Source: Anthoceros angustus
Taxonomy: Eukaryota; Plantae; Anthocerotophyta
Assembly: GCA_010909165.1 (NCBI GenBank)
Contig: MU008182.1
Span: 1-64,000, forward strand
Reading direction: 5' to 3'
DNA length: 64,000 nucleotides
Made by a program: the position numbers and the translations under genes. Below the pieces are notes generated by a model. It had not been told where the DNA came from. It did not search any database and worked only from the letters and a program-made list of their open reading frames with translations. The number at the start of each line of letters is the position of its first letter. Position 1 is the first letter of the stretch. Positions 33,215 through 46,156 of the stretch are shown here, piece after piece.

Positions 33215-35827
33215 TCACAACTCCATGTCCTCCAAATCCGGCAAAGGAAACCTCAAAATTGCAGCTATGCCCGTTAGCTGTCCCAGCTCTGTCACAGCCC
33301 ACCACGCAAAATCACCTTTGGGCCGGCCGCCCAACTTCCATGTAACCCTCTAACGTACCACGCAGCAAAACCCACGTAAAACACAACTTACGTTCTCCAG
33401 ACACATGCCGCGACGAAAACACGTATGCCACACCGCCCAGCTCCTTCACCGACTCCACCAGCGTCACATACTTCCGCCGGCTCACCACATCAGAGTTTCT
33501 GCGAGCCACAAAAAAAGCTCAATCATTGCCCTCCCTTTCTTTTCACCACAACCCAACCACTCTTACCTGAACAGCTCGTCAGAAATCAGCAAAGTCTGCA
33601 CCGCCCCCTGCTCGTGTGCAGCCTCCACATGGCGAGGCCCATAAAATGCACGGCTTGGTTCCTGTGTGCACAAGCCTCCCAACACATCACCACCTATTCA
33701 ACAGGCCACCTGCCAAACCTTTCCCTCCCCTCCAGGCCCTTTACTCAATTTCCACAAATACTTACAGAGGAAAGCATTTTATAGAAATCATCCAGTGCCT
33801 TCACCTGCACATATCACACACCTGCTCACCACTTCGCTCCCCTCTTTTTCTCCCAAACTTTCACCACACCACAACCATGCTACAATGCGTCTACCTCCTT
33901 GGCTGCCTTTGTATCCTTAACCTGCATCATGATTGCAGGGGACGCCAGCAACTCCTTGAGGGCATGTCTGAACATTTTCCACAATCCACCTCAATACAAC
34001 CATCTTTGCATGCTTCATCCTTGCTGTGCTGCGCATACTGCAAAAACTCTTCGCACCCCATTCTTCCCATACGCACGCTCTACCTACTTGTAGCCAGATG
34101 AGGCATGACTTAGCACAATCTTCGACTTGTTCTCTATCAAAGCACGCAAATCTCGTCTCGAGGCTTCCAATAGCATATACTCATAGAACTGATCCTGAAC
34201 ATCCATCCAACAAAAACAGCCCCCCCTGCTCAACTTCCCCAACACAAACTGCATCTGCATCTTAACCCTTCACCACAACGGGTCCTACCTTGGTGAACCC
34301 TGGACTTGCTATGATCAAACATCGCACGACGGCAAAATCCACGTGGAGCAGAACAGCCTGTTGTCAGACTCTTATAGTTAGTACTCTGCTTGTGTCATTC
34401 AAGCCAAATTCCTTCTTCACAGCCTACTGCACCTGCAGTACATTCTTGAAGAACCCGCTCAATGCCTGCGGAGAGCAACAAGCCACGCCTTACTTACTGC
34501 ACCCAAACAAAATCGCACACGTCCACACAACCCACACCCACACCATTAACCACTCTGTCAATTCATCACCACATCCAACTTATATACATTTCTAACCTTG
34601 TCATAACCCGCAATAGCTGGGCCTCGTTTTCGTGGCATTGATGTTTCCACTCGAGCTTTGACAGTAGTTATACTGCCAAACTCACAGGCAATGCCGGGGG
34701 TGGGATGAGACATCATCCAATGCTTCTACTGATACACAAATCATAGAAAAAAAAACATACCTGGTTATGTTTCACCAAACGTACCTGGATCCTATAAGAC
34801 ACAGGTTTGCTAGACCCTCCTGCATCATCAAGGCTGCCAAGTCGGCACTGGCCCCAGCATCTGCACAACAAGGCATAACATGGATCACCCTGAATGGACA
34901 GACTCATGAAATACCGGTAACAAGAGGCGTATAACCTAGGGAAGAGAAACAACTTACCACAAGCTTGCGTGAGGGTTTCTGTGGCGAAAGAATCCCAGAC
35001 AGCCTACAGATTGAGATGCCGTAAGCACCACGTACTGAACTGGAATCATGCACTTTGGCCCTTTCCATACAAAAGGGAATCAAAGCTAGGGCATGAGACA
35101 AAAGACCTAAAACCTACCTTTCGTATGGAAAGGGTTCGTTTCTGCTCGATCTCTAGGGTATGATACGCTCCCAGCTGCAAAAAGATTTGATGCCATGTTT
35201 CCTTAGAGGACCAGCATACGAGGAGGGCGGGAAAGGGAAGACAGGCCCCTTAGGCCCCTGCATACCTTGACGTGGTCGTTTTCAGTAATGTTCTTCCCAC
35301 GGACGCGGAGAACAGCTGCCACGTTGTCGTAATCCACGTTCTGCAAATTCAGGTTACCTGTGCTCAAATTCTAGGGGTTGCAGTCACTGGCAATGAAGAA
35401 ATTTGTTCCCTTCGAGACTTCGAGAACACAGCGTACCTCAACCTCCACGCCAAGCTTAATCCGAATGCGCTCCGAGTCATTGGCCCCGGAGGAAGTCTCC
35501 TTGTGAATCTTCCTGTCAGTGTGGGTAGACGAATTTCAAACATAGCGATCCCGCTAGGAAGATGAAAATGATGACGATAGCAGCGCCCCCAGTACCATTC
35601 GTGCACCTGACTGTTACGGCGGAGACGACGTCCCCCTTGTTGATCAAGTTGTACACATGCCATAGATCATCAGACTCCTCAGGCAAAAGCTGCATGAATA
35701 AGCTGAGCAAGTGAGCGAGCAACCGTAGCGAGGGAGCAAAGACGGAATCGCCCACAGATATGTTGTAGAAAGTAACCTGCACATAGCCTGATTCTCCGTG
35801 CTTGAAATCCTGATTCACAAGCTTCAT
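33215..35827 (-). CDS. PELO: Pelota/Dom34 ribosome-rescue factor (eRF1 family), many short exons
   Basis: Exons read MKLV..., [140 protein letters not shown] (TGA 33215-33217). Confidence 0.95.
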
Positions 35828-36251
35828 GCTTGAGGATTTGGCCCTTGGCCGTCACCTCAGACGTAGAAGGGATGCCCACAAAGTCCGCGGCGCTGGGCCC
35901 TCCACTGCATCCATTAACAGTAGCACAACGAGCCTTGCCGGTTTTGCCCCCTGTGCGCATCCGAAGCCAGTGGAGTCACGGTATCCTCAAACGCCACCGA
36001 CGGAAACTGTGAGCAACGCTGGCAGTCGAACTTCTCTTGCTGGCTATGGCCGTGTCCTCTCCTGGGCGAGTTCAATTCAAATCGCGTCTTATTATCATTC
36101 TCGAGACATCCAACGCAAAGCCAGCATGTATCCATGGACCAGGGAAGAATGTTTCCATATATGTACATATGTATGTACATATAGCCCCGATGTATGTTTC
36201 CATATGTATTTACAATTTTGAAGTTATGAGTCGTCTTGCGTCTTCTCTCGA
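35828..36251. promoter_or_regulatory. Short divergent intergenic region (probable bidirectional promoter) between PELOTA and the Myb gene
   Basis: Start codons only 424 bp apart in head-to-head orientation; contains repeated palindromic ATATGTACATAT (~36158-36182). Promoter function is inferred. Confidence 0.45.
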
Positions 36252-38911
36252 ATGGAAAGGATGCTAGGAGAGGCATGCAGTGCGCGGACCAAGGGAAGGC
36301 GGCAGGCCAGTTCCAAGCTGCCTGGGCGAAGTGCAGTAGGAGATGATGCTGGGCTCGCGAGCGTGGCCAGGAAGCTTTTCTTCGTGTCAGAACATGGTCC
36401 GCCATCGCAGGCTGCAAGCGATGAGGCACCGGCACAGACACAGATACAGGCAAAGGCAGCCCCGGAGTCAGGCTCGTCTCGGGAGAAGCGCAAGGGGAGG
36501 GATTCAGCCAGCTCTGCCGCACTGCAAGAGTGTGGTCTTCATGGCACCGAGGAGCAGGCTCCGCAATCCGAACACGCAGGTGTCAAGAAGAGGCGCAGGA
36601 AGGACAAGTTCGGTGCAGCAAAGCTTGCAGATGCAGATGCAGATGCCGTGACAGAGGCCAGCTCAGGTGCACCGCTGGAGGCTCCGCGATCGGAACCCGC
36701 GGTTGACAAGAAGAGGCGCAGGAAGGACGAGCTCGAAGGCGCAGACCTTGCAATTGCGGATGCCGCCGTGACAGAGGACGGCCTAGCCGCATCTCGAGGG
36801 TCCGCTCCTCAAATCGTTGTGGCAGCGGTGTCCGCACTTGCCGGTGAGAAGAAGAGGCGGAGAAAGGACAAGTCCGAAGCTGCCAAGCTTGCTGCTGCAG
36901 ATGCCGTGACAGAGGGCATCTCCGGACTACCTGAAGATTCTGCTGCTCCTCAGGACAGTGCTGCAGCTCCATCCGAGCACGCAAGTGAGAAGAAGAGGCG
37001 TAGGATGGACAAATCCGGTGCAGCAGAGGTTGCATCTCCAGATGCCGTGACCGCCACACATGGCCAAGCGGCTCCTCAGACACCCTCCGCTCTGAAGCGA
37101 GCAAGCAACGGAATTTTGAAGCAGTCCAAAGGGACAACGCCGAAGAAGGTGCGGTTTCAGGAGGATCCGGTCGAGACACAGGCTTATGAAACCCTGCAAA
37201 ATCCAATATCTGCTGGTGAGGCACAAGATTGCGTGCACCGGCAGGACAAGGACGCCAACACGGACAAGGACACGGAAAGTCCTGCTGCTTCTGGTCACTC
37301 GCGGGAGTGTTGGTTTAAGGATAATAAGCGCAGGGACGTCCTCTTTGGCAGATTCTCTCCCGAAGAAGATGACATCTTGAAGCAAGCTGTGCGGGACTAT
37401 TTCGCAGTATGTAGCATTCCTACCTCTAACCCTTGTTCATGATCTTTGTTGTGTTGCCTGATCAATGTATGTCCAAATTCTTCTCAGGGGTGTGGCTGGA
37501 GCGAAGAAGACGGTCTAAGGAAGCTCCTGTCTGGGAAGGCACCCAAAGAGTGTGCTGGTTGCTGGGCTGAGATAGGTATCTCTCTGTCCTGTCTGTTTGT
37601 TACGGTCGGAGATAATCAGGGCTTCCTGGTGTTTAGAAGGAACTCTCACCACATTCTTGCAGGAGCAGAGGAAGTCCTTTGGCTCTTGATTTACTATTAC
37701 TGTCCTTTGCAGGCAAAAGTCTTCCACGCCGATCCCTGAAAGCTATCTACTCTCGGGCACAAAGGCTTTTGCATGAAAGTAACCATCTAGGGAAGTGGTC
37801 AGCAGAGGAGGAAGCAGCACTTATAAGGTAATTGAATGTGCTTCATCCTTCTCTCCGCGGTTTGAATGGTATCCACGTAACTTAGCCCATTGCCCGCATC
37901 TCGTGCAGGCTGCATGCTGAACACGGACCGAAATGGAAGAAGATCGCAGAGAAGCTGGGGAGATACGCATATGCTGCGAAGGACAAATGGCGAGATTTAA
38001 AGATTAAGGGAACGCGCCGAACCGGTTAGCAAGGTTTCCTTCCATTTAAGGTGATTGGCAAGCTCGAACTTTTGCATCGCCATCAGGTCCTTAAACTCGT
38101 CGACTGGTGTTTCATGACAGGACCATTTCTCCAGAGTGAATTGGAAACTGTTGCCACTCTGGTGCATAATTGCATTCGTGCTAAGGCTCAAATGACCCAA
38201 GATGGCGAGAAATTCGATCGTCGATTAGTATGATCCATTTGCTTTTTGTTTCATGGATGGATCTAGAGGGTGGATAGCAACCAGCAAGCGAATAACAACC
38301 ACCTTGGTATGGCAACAGATTCGTGAGGACATCAACTGGGACTCCATATCTGAGGCCTTGGGCACCCGTCCACACAGCATAGTTTGCAAGACCTGGTAGG
38401 TCTTCTCTTATTTCATCTTTCAGGTGTGCCATGTTGTGTTTTGAACGAGATGGTGTTTTCAAAACAGGTACGGGACTTTGCGGTCGTCCATGGTTGCGGA
38501 GGGACTGTGGGCCAACGTGGATGATTGCCTCCTACTGAAGAGGTGCGTCCCATGCATGTTGTGGCCAATGCACCCACGTCAAAAGCTCTCTCCCCCCCTC
38601 ACTTGCAACTGCTCACTGTTGTTGGCAGGTTACTGGAGTCTGGTGCATGCGCTGACGATGCTGTGGATTGGGATAGCCTTCTCGGGCACAGGTGAGGGAG
38701 AACGATAAGTGTGTTGTGCAACTAGCGGGCCACGTAGAGTGACAATTCTGAGATTCTGTATAGGGAGGGACACATCTGCAAACGGCGATGGGAGCAAATG
38801 GCAAAACATCTGGGTCCAGACCGTGTGCGGCCTTTTGAAGAGAAGCTACATCTGCTCCTGAAGCGCTATGCTCCAGATGTGCTGGCGGTGGTGCAGGGCC
38901 CGGCTGCGTAG
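36252..38911 (+). CDS. Myb-repeat protein of the TTF1/Reb1/DMTF1 type (Pol I terminator-binding-like)
   Basis: Long basic N-terminal exon with four KKRRR(K/M)D repeats; Myb exons GRFSPEEDDILKQAVRDY, LPRRSLKAIYSRAQRL...GKWSAEEEAAL, HGPKWKKIAEKLGRY...KDKWR, INWDSISEALGTR, WANVDDCLLL, CKRRWEQMAKHL; stop TAG 38909-38911. Confidence 0.85.
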
Positions 38912-39296
38912 CCGCCTTAGCATATGCCAACGTTATCAACAGATCTACCTACCGTATGTACATTTGTGGACACCGTACGCTTGATTAGAGCCGAGGTTTC
39001 GTAATTTCATCACGAGAGAAATTAAGTTGAGGTGTAATAATTAAATCTGCTTCTTGCATGCACCTACCTAGTACGGTTTGGTAGTATTGGCACGGCGAAA
39101 GCCGTTTCGCCGACCGCGAACGCGGACTACAAATCAGCACACCCCCCCCCGGCTGGTGCTGCGTGCAAGAGAATCCTTCCTCCTTTTTGCTTGCCTGTTC
39201 TCTCTCCTCTTTAGGGAGCCGATGGCCGAGGCCTGGTCTCCCTTCCGACATGTGAAGCTGCTTGCGTAGACAGCACGGGAGCCAAAGCTGGGCAGC

Positions 39297-42200
39297 ATGG
39301 GCGAGCGCGAAAGGGATCGCGACCGCGCTCGACCCTTCACAGACGCCGCATTGGCCTCGCTATGGATAGATTTTGTTCTGCTCCCCGACAAGCTGGAGGA
39401 GCATTTGGCCGGGCTAGCGTCTGGCTCGCTGGACGGGCCCCTCCCTGCGGATTTGATCACTATGTTGTTGGACCAGGTGCTGGTCAACCACAAGGCTGCG
39501 CTTGCCAGTGCCACCGGCTCCTCGGCCTCCAAGGACGGGGTATGTATTTTATGTGTATTCTTCATTTCCGTTCCTCTCTCATTTCTCCTCCTCTTGCAAA
39601 TCCGGTACTGTCTGTTTCAAATTGCTGCTTCTCTACATTGCATTCAACATTTGCTTATAGCTGCTCGTTCAACACCACCCCAGTCGGCCCGTCCCTCCTT
39701 TGGCCAGCGGGTTTCCCAGATCCTTGTCTGCTGCCGGCCTGTGTCACAGCCATGCCTGCATCGCTCACCAATTCCGGATTCCTCTTTGCTCTGCGCAACC
39801 CTCTTCTAGCTGGTAGAGACGGCACTCGGTTGCCTTGACGCCTCCCGTCGTTGCCTGTATTCTTGGGAAGTGCCGTGAAATCTCAGAACATGAACGAAAG
39901 TGTCCGCGCTGTGCCTTTCCATCTTCTTCCACCTCCGCAGACGTGTTTCTTTAAGCGAATTTGAGGCGAACTGACTTTGTTGCCTGGTGACGCTCTGAAG
40001 GTCCTTTGTATAGAAATTCGTTTTTTGAGACTGTAAGGTTTTCCACAAGAGTGTGGATAAATCACTGCACCATTGCGTGCACTATCGGAAGCTTTTCGCT
40101 CCCATATCTCTCCTCCGGTTCACCTGCTGGTGGCCAAAAGGTTGTCAATTGGCTAGCTGTCAAGGTACAGGTAGGTTATACCGTGTCTATTCTGTGAGCG
40201 GCCGGTGTTAGATTCTGTAGATATCTCTCTACAGTGTGTCTGTCACTCGCTATGGGAGTCTAAGGTAAGTTTTGATGTCCAGGAGAAGCCGAAGGGCTTG
40301 TGGGGAGGAAGAGCCACGAGGAGTCGACCTTGCATACTCCAGGATTTCCTCCTACCTCCAAGATTACTGCGGCACCATCCTGGCAGTAATGTGCCACTGT
40401 TATGATTTTTGTGAGATTGTCGTTCACTGAAGAATGGGGTTTGGGATTTTCACCAGAACAAGATTCTCACTTCATGGCTTGTATGTTGGGCAGTTTGCCC
40501 AAGGTGTTGAGGGAAGAACTCCGAACCCGCTGCTCGGGACTCATCCAGGCCATGCACATTTGTATGGCAGGCTCTCGTGCCTGGTGTGGCCGAGTGCAGA
40601 ATCTTCTTTTAAAAAATTGCCCTCTAATTTGACTTATTGTTGCATACTGCTATTCTCGTCAGATAGTGAATGGGGAGGATCGAGGTAGTGTGGAGTGAGG
40701 TACATGTATGAGTCCAAAAGAATGAGTTTACGTCGTGACCTTGCTGGCTGCTACCAACCCCTATGCCGGATTATCACATCAAATAAACTGCCCTGAACTG
40801 CGTCAATCTGCATGACGTGAATTGGCCTGACAATTTCGCTTATGGTTGGTTCTGTGGTACAGGATGGCCAGACTGCATTAAATGGGACAAGTAAAACTGT
40901 GGGCAAAACAACGGCCTTGTTATGCGAAAGAGCGGCCAGAGTGGCTGTTGCTGCAAACCTGTCACTTTCAGATATTGAGTCCTTGATATCTTCTCAACAA
41001 CATCAGTATCTTTTACTGAGAGCTCTAATGCAGCATGATCAAGCCAGATTACTAGTCCACGAGTGCAATCTGCATAGGTGGCGTATCCACAATTCACTTC
41101 ATGCTGCAAATGTGCACTCATTTGATGATCTTGCTGACCTGTTTAAGGCTCCAAGACCGGGAGTTGTTGATCCTGTGTCTACTAGAGCTGCGGGTGATTC
41201 TGTTACAGAAGAGGAAAGTTCTTCAGTTCATTTTTTGGAACGAGTTTTCTGTCAAGATGAGAATCAGATTGCAGCTCCTGCCAGTATGTCCAGGGATATT
41301 GAGGTCCAGCCTTTGAAGAAAGATGACGGTTTTGATGAAATTCCAAATGTTGGAAATGGAGGTCCTGTGAAGAAGTTACAGCTTTTCAGCATTGATTACC
41401 AGTGCAAGGCTTTGTTCGATGTTGCTGAGGCTCATTTCATGAGGGGGCGAATTGCAAGAGCTCATGCAATTTTTACAAAGTGTGGACAGCTTTTTGCATC
41501 ATCTTCGGATGTCCAAAGTGGGTGTAGGAAGCAACGACAGGTAGGGGTGCAGGAGGATAGGCTGGTTGGCTTTATAATAGCCTGTAGAATGCTGCTGGCT
41601 AAAGCGAACTCTCCAAACGGTGACCAAGATAGAGTGATAGATATCACAGCTTCCCCACTACCCGAACTTGGGGCTCCAACTCCTGCTCAATCGGCTGTCA
41701 TAGCCTGTGAGCAGAGTAGATGGCTTGCAAGGGAAAGTGGGAGAGGACTTTCCACGGAGAAGCAAGGACTGCATAAGCCTCTGTCCGTGACTGAACCAGC
41801 CAGTGAATTAGGCTTCAGATCCAAAAGGTGTGCTGAAGAAAGGGAGTCAGAGACATCCGTGAGTAAGAGGAGGAAATTGGAACTGCTGCAACCAAACCAG
41901 TTAAATCAGACCCAGTTCCCAGGGGAAATGGAAGATGTTAGAGGGGCTCCAGCTAGTACGGTTGATGGGCAGATGTCAGTAGGATTCTTGGAAGGGAGCT
42001 GCCTTGTCCGTGGGTGTGCCCAGGGAAGTAGGGGTGACCACCTTGTACCCTGTCCAGCAGCAGAGGAGACTGATGTCGCTCGAACAGTTGATTCGAGAGA
42101 TGCTGCAAGTCAGCAGGTGGGTCAAGAAATATTGCACCGGGAGACTAAAGATGCTTTTAGTGCTGCCAGCAGCATGCAGTCAGTAGCATGCAAGGAGATT

Positions 42201-44916
42201 GTCCAAACGTTTGTGGAGGACCTACCCAATGGGTTTTTATCTTGGGGCTATGCTCTGTCCGTTGAACAGGATCCAAACCTTCCAGCCTCTGTACAATGCC
42301 AACTTGCAGGCTGTAATATTGTACGTAGTGTTCTTGAAGGGGCTCCGGTTGAGTCATTCCTCCGTGTTAGCAACCGGTTTGAACATAGCGAGGTTGGCAT
42401 GGAGTTCTTTCTCAAGCTTGTGTTTTCTGCAAGAGGGATGGAAATAAAAACTTCAAAAAGAACTCTTAGATGTGTGAGAAGGGGTGCAAGCAAAGTAGGT
42501 CAACTGGCACAGCAATTTCTCACGCATGGAGTAGATGAAATGTCACAGGGAGTACTGGAGGGCGACTTGCTGGCTCAGCGGATGGATGAGCTGGCTATCT
42601 ACGCGTGTTGCATAATTGATCAGCCTTGGTGCTGGGCGTTAGCAACTTCCACTGGCTTCACCATACCTGCTGGTCTGACAGGATTGTGCGGAGATAGCAC
42701 CTCTGTGGAAAATTGGGAACAAGGTGCTGCAATTGGTCCACAGGGTGGTAAGGTGCGTGATGCAGGTGGATTGTCAAGCCAAGAAAGGTTGAGGTTTGGG
42801 ACTTCAGATCTAGATCCAGAGATCATTAAGGGGCGAGTCATGTTTGCACTAGTTCAAGCAGACTCTCTTTCAGAATTTGAAGCCATTGTATCAGATGCCA
42901 AGATATTCTTAAGCACCCAAGTTGTTGATGCGAAGGGACGCATGTATGGAGATAATGAGGTGTTCAGCAAACGGTGCATGACCTGCTCATATCAGTCCCA
43001 GGGAGGTAGTGCAACAGAACTCTGTGCTGTGTGTCGTGCTTCAGCTGATGGCAATTCAGAAACTCTAACAGCAAACATGGCTGGTATCTTGAGGCAGAGA
43101 GCTTTTGATGCCTTAGAGAACATGAAGGAGGTAGCGATAGCAAAGCGCTTGTATCAATTAGCAAAAGTGTGTGATCCGGGTGATTTTGATAGCGAGGTAA
43201 TGCTATGGTTAGTGGACAAGCTGATTCCAACAAAAAGTGTAGGAACAGATAACCGTAGCGAAGGACTTCCAACAGGTCTCAGAACTTTTTTTCTCCCTAG
43301 TTCTCACCTTGTGGAGTATGTCATTTTAAGTCTTATAGACAGGGAATCCTGGGTTTACTTGAGGGAATTTTGTCAGTGGTGTACAATGCTGCATAAGGAG
43401 ATGTCACATCCAGAACGAGGGCCTCAGAAGTTTCAGGGTGAGGGACATAAAAGCAAAGCCCGACCAGTATCTCTAGAGGGGGATCCTAGTATGGTGTTCG
43501 CTCATGTTGACATGCTAGCTAGCCACCGGAAGCAACTACAGACACTGAGGGTGGCCACGGCTTTGGGGGACTTGATGCCACTCTGTGAAGCAGCTGCTTC
43601 CAGGAATCATTCTAATGAGGAGGCAAGCAGACTTGGCTCTACTTTGTGGCAACGTTTTGAAGATTTTTTGTGTCTTCTTGTTGGGGTGGAGGTTACTAGC
43701 TCAGTCCAAGGACGCGAGGATTCCATGTTGAAACCACCATACCCTGGTGCAAAAGGTGTACCCCTTCTATCAAGGGTGCAAAATCCAGCAGTGCTCACGA
43801 GTTTGGCTAGCTTGACAGCGGGTTGGCTTCGGAGATGCAATGCTGCAGGCTTGACACCATGGGCCCCAGCTGTTGACAGGTACGGGGTCCTTGCGGCAGT
43901 GACAGGAGGAGCTTCGCTGCCTCCCCCTATTGGGTCCTTGCCCCATGCTGCTGCAATTTACCGACCTGTGCTGCCCAAGGTCTCGCCTGAGTTTGGTAGG
44001 GACTTGTTCAGAGTTTTGTTAGAGGGAATTGTGGCTTTGCCAGGAGAACCGGATGGAGGGAAGGAGAGGGGACATTGCTGGCTGCAAGGTCTCGCTGATT
44101 TAGCTTATGAAGATGAATTCTATGTGAAGGCTTTGCAGCTGTACCTTCAGGTGTTCTACCCATCTTGTTTCCCTGCAATAGGAGTGCGAATCCTTTCCCT
44201 TGTTTCAACACTGAGCAACTGCTGATGATCTACGAAATGTTGTTCAGATTCTGTGAAATGTTGACAATTGTGTGAGAAACTTGTGGCAGGCAGGTGCCAT
44301 CAGAAGTGCACATTACTGTGATTCCAGTTCCTCCATGCCAGGCGACATCTTTACTCAGGAAGTGGTATGTTCTGACCCGTTCTACCATGTCAGGCGCTGA
44401 GATATGCTGTGTTGTGAAGAAACTGAAAAAATGTTTTTCTCCTCCTTACACAGATCAGAAGAATGATAAATGCATGCAGAGCGATAGGAGGAGGTCTGCA
44501 GGCTGCCATTCTGTGTCAATGTCTCACGCCGCCAGACTATGAATCCGCTTTTCGTTATTTACAAGATAATTTTCCTATTTTGGATAAGGATGCCGCAGCA
44601 TACTTCCAATGTATCTGGGAGGTGCGCACTCTCCTTCAGTACGTCCTTGCTTGCCTTTTAAAGAAAGTGCTCGGACCGTGTTGTTAGATTCAGGACACTG
44701 AGTTTGGCTTTCGGTTGGGATTTGCAGGTTCCACTGCTTGAGCTTCTCGTCCATATGTATGAAAAGGGAGGGGATGAAGCACGCGTCAACATTCTTATTG
44801 GTTATCTTCAACATCCTGCGATGAACGTGCATAATCCACAAGCGATACGAAAGGCGCACATAACTTCAATGGAACAGCGGTTCCTGCAGCAGCTCTCACA
44901 AGAGCTTCTCGGATGA
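39297..44916 (+). CDS. INTS8: Integrator complex subunit 8 homologue
   Basis: N-terminal WIDFVLLPDKLEEHL...GPLPADLITMLLDQ and C-terminal LADLAY...ALQLYLQ/AGA...IFTQEV/IRRMINAC...AAILCQ...DYESAFRYLQ...YFQCIWE/VPLLELLVHMYEKGG...MNVHNP...RFLQQL match metazoan INTS8 as I recall it. One 3.3 kb exon (40863-44150). Confidence 0.85.
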
Positions 44917-45783
44917 TGCAGAGAAGACGATCTGCCCAGTTGCGCTGTTGGTGTCACTGAGGGCTGCGCGGTATGCACATGCCTCACACTTCCCTGTGTT
45001 CCGTGTATGGATTTGCAATTGCTGATGGAAATGTGTCTGGTTAGGAATTCGGATCAGAATTCATCTCCTTGAAGTCTTCCACGTGACACTAGTGCTTCTA
45101 CACCAGAGGTATAGATAGGCTCCGAGCCCTGGTGTTTTTGGGTTCCGAAATGTTGGGGTTGGTTACCGTCATCTGTGCCGACGTCCTCAGTTGGCCTTTG
45201 TTCAACAGGCAAGCAAGCACGTCCTCAACTGGATGCAGGTCCCCGCATCCTTGAGCTTGAACTTCGCTGGACCCCAAGAGACTCTTCATCATGGTTGCCC
45301 GACCGGTATGCACGATGACTACCAATTGAAAATGGGGTGCGCATCGTGTCATATCTATTCCGGCTCTTATCTGATGTTAACGCATCTTACAGGTGAGACA
45401 CGGTTCCGATTTGTCGAGTTTAAAGCGAGGGGCGCTACCGTGCTGTTGGGCCATCGTGAGGTATAGGAAGATGTGTATCGCTTCTACATAGCTTCTAGCT
45501 CCCGAGACGGACCTGTGCCTCGGGCCTCGGCTGCTAGGCGGCGAGGCTGTGGTGGATGTGGAAGGTGAAAATCACTACAATCCATCCGCACGATTGTGAA
45601 TGTTTGTACAGTAATGTGGGACACACGTTGTGCCTAGATTTCGTTCCAAGTGCCGTCTGCCTAGTGTCGTGTGCGATTAAAGTTCGTAGGTTAGTTGCGG
45701 CATGCGCATAAGAAGCTGAAGGCTGAAAGATGTTTGTGAGACGGTTCGCCAAAGCAAGAGCAGGAGGTCCGTTCCAGACGGCC

Positions 45784-46109
45784 ATGGCTTCCTGGAATCT
45801 GCTCGGTGTTGTTCTGGCTGTGCTTGGGCTCTTACTCCACAGCCAGGCTGGGGGCCCCGCGAAGTTGAATTCCAGTGTGAAGGCAGAGGAGTCGGAGACG
45901 GTGGTGGCGCCCTGGTTGGACAAGTACGGGGCTCCCTCCGCCAGGGTGAAAGTCTACTTCCATGGACACGAGCTCAAACTGGGCCGCCTGTACGTTCTTC
46001 ACGGTGATCATGGTGGATCCGGACGCTCCCAGTCCCACCAACCCTCAGGTCTCCAATGTGCTGCACTGACTGGTCACCAACATTGCTGGCTCCATCAAAA
46101 CATCCCAAG
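45784..46109 (+). pseudogene. PEBP-family (MFT/FT/TFL1-like) gene with predicted signal peptide, disrupted
   Basis: MASWNLLGVVLAVLGLLLHSQA (hydrophobic leader)...VVAPWLDKYGAPSARVKVYF; after a deletion/frameshift (~45990) FTVIMVDPDAPSPTNPQVSNVLH*LVTNIAG (TGA 46067-46069 at the conserved Trp); phase-1 donor G/GTATGT at 46110; LTR sequence begins ~47 bp later; last exon not found. Confidence 0.85.
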
Positions 46110-46156
46110 GTATGTACAGTCGGCCTCCCTAATGGGAAGTCTATAAATGGGATTCC

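Noticed and set aside
45098-45466. Small ORFs between INTS8 and the PEBP remnant
   Set aside because: No recognisable motif in any frame, and not the missing PEBP last exon.
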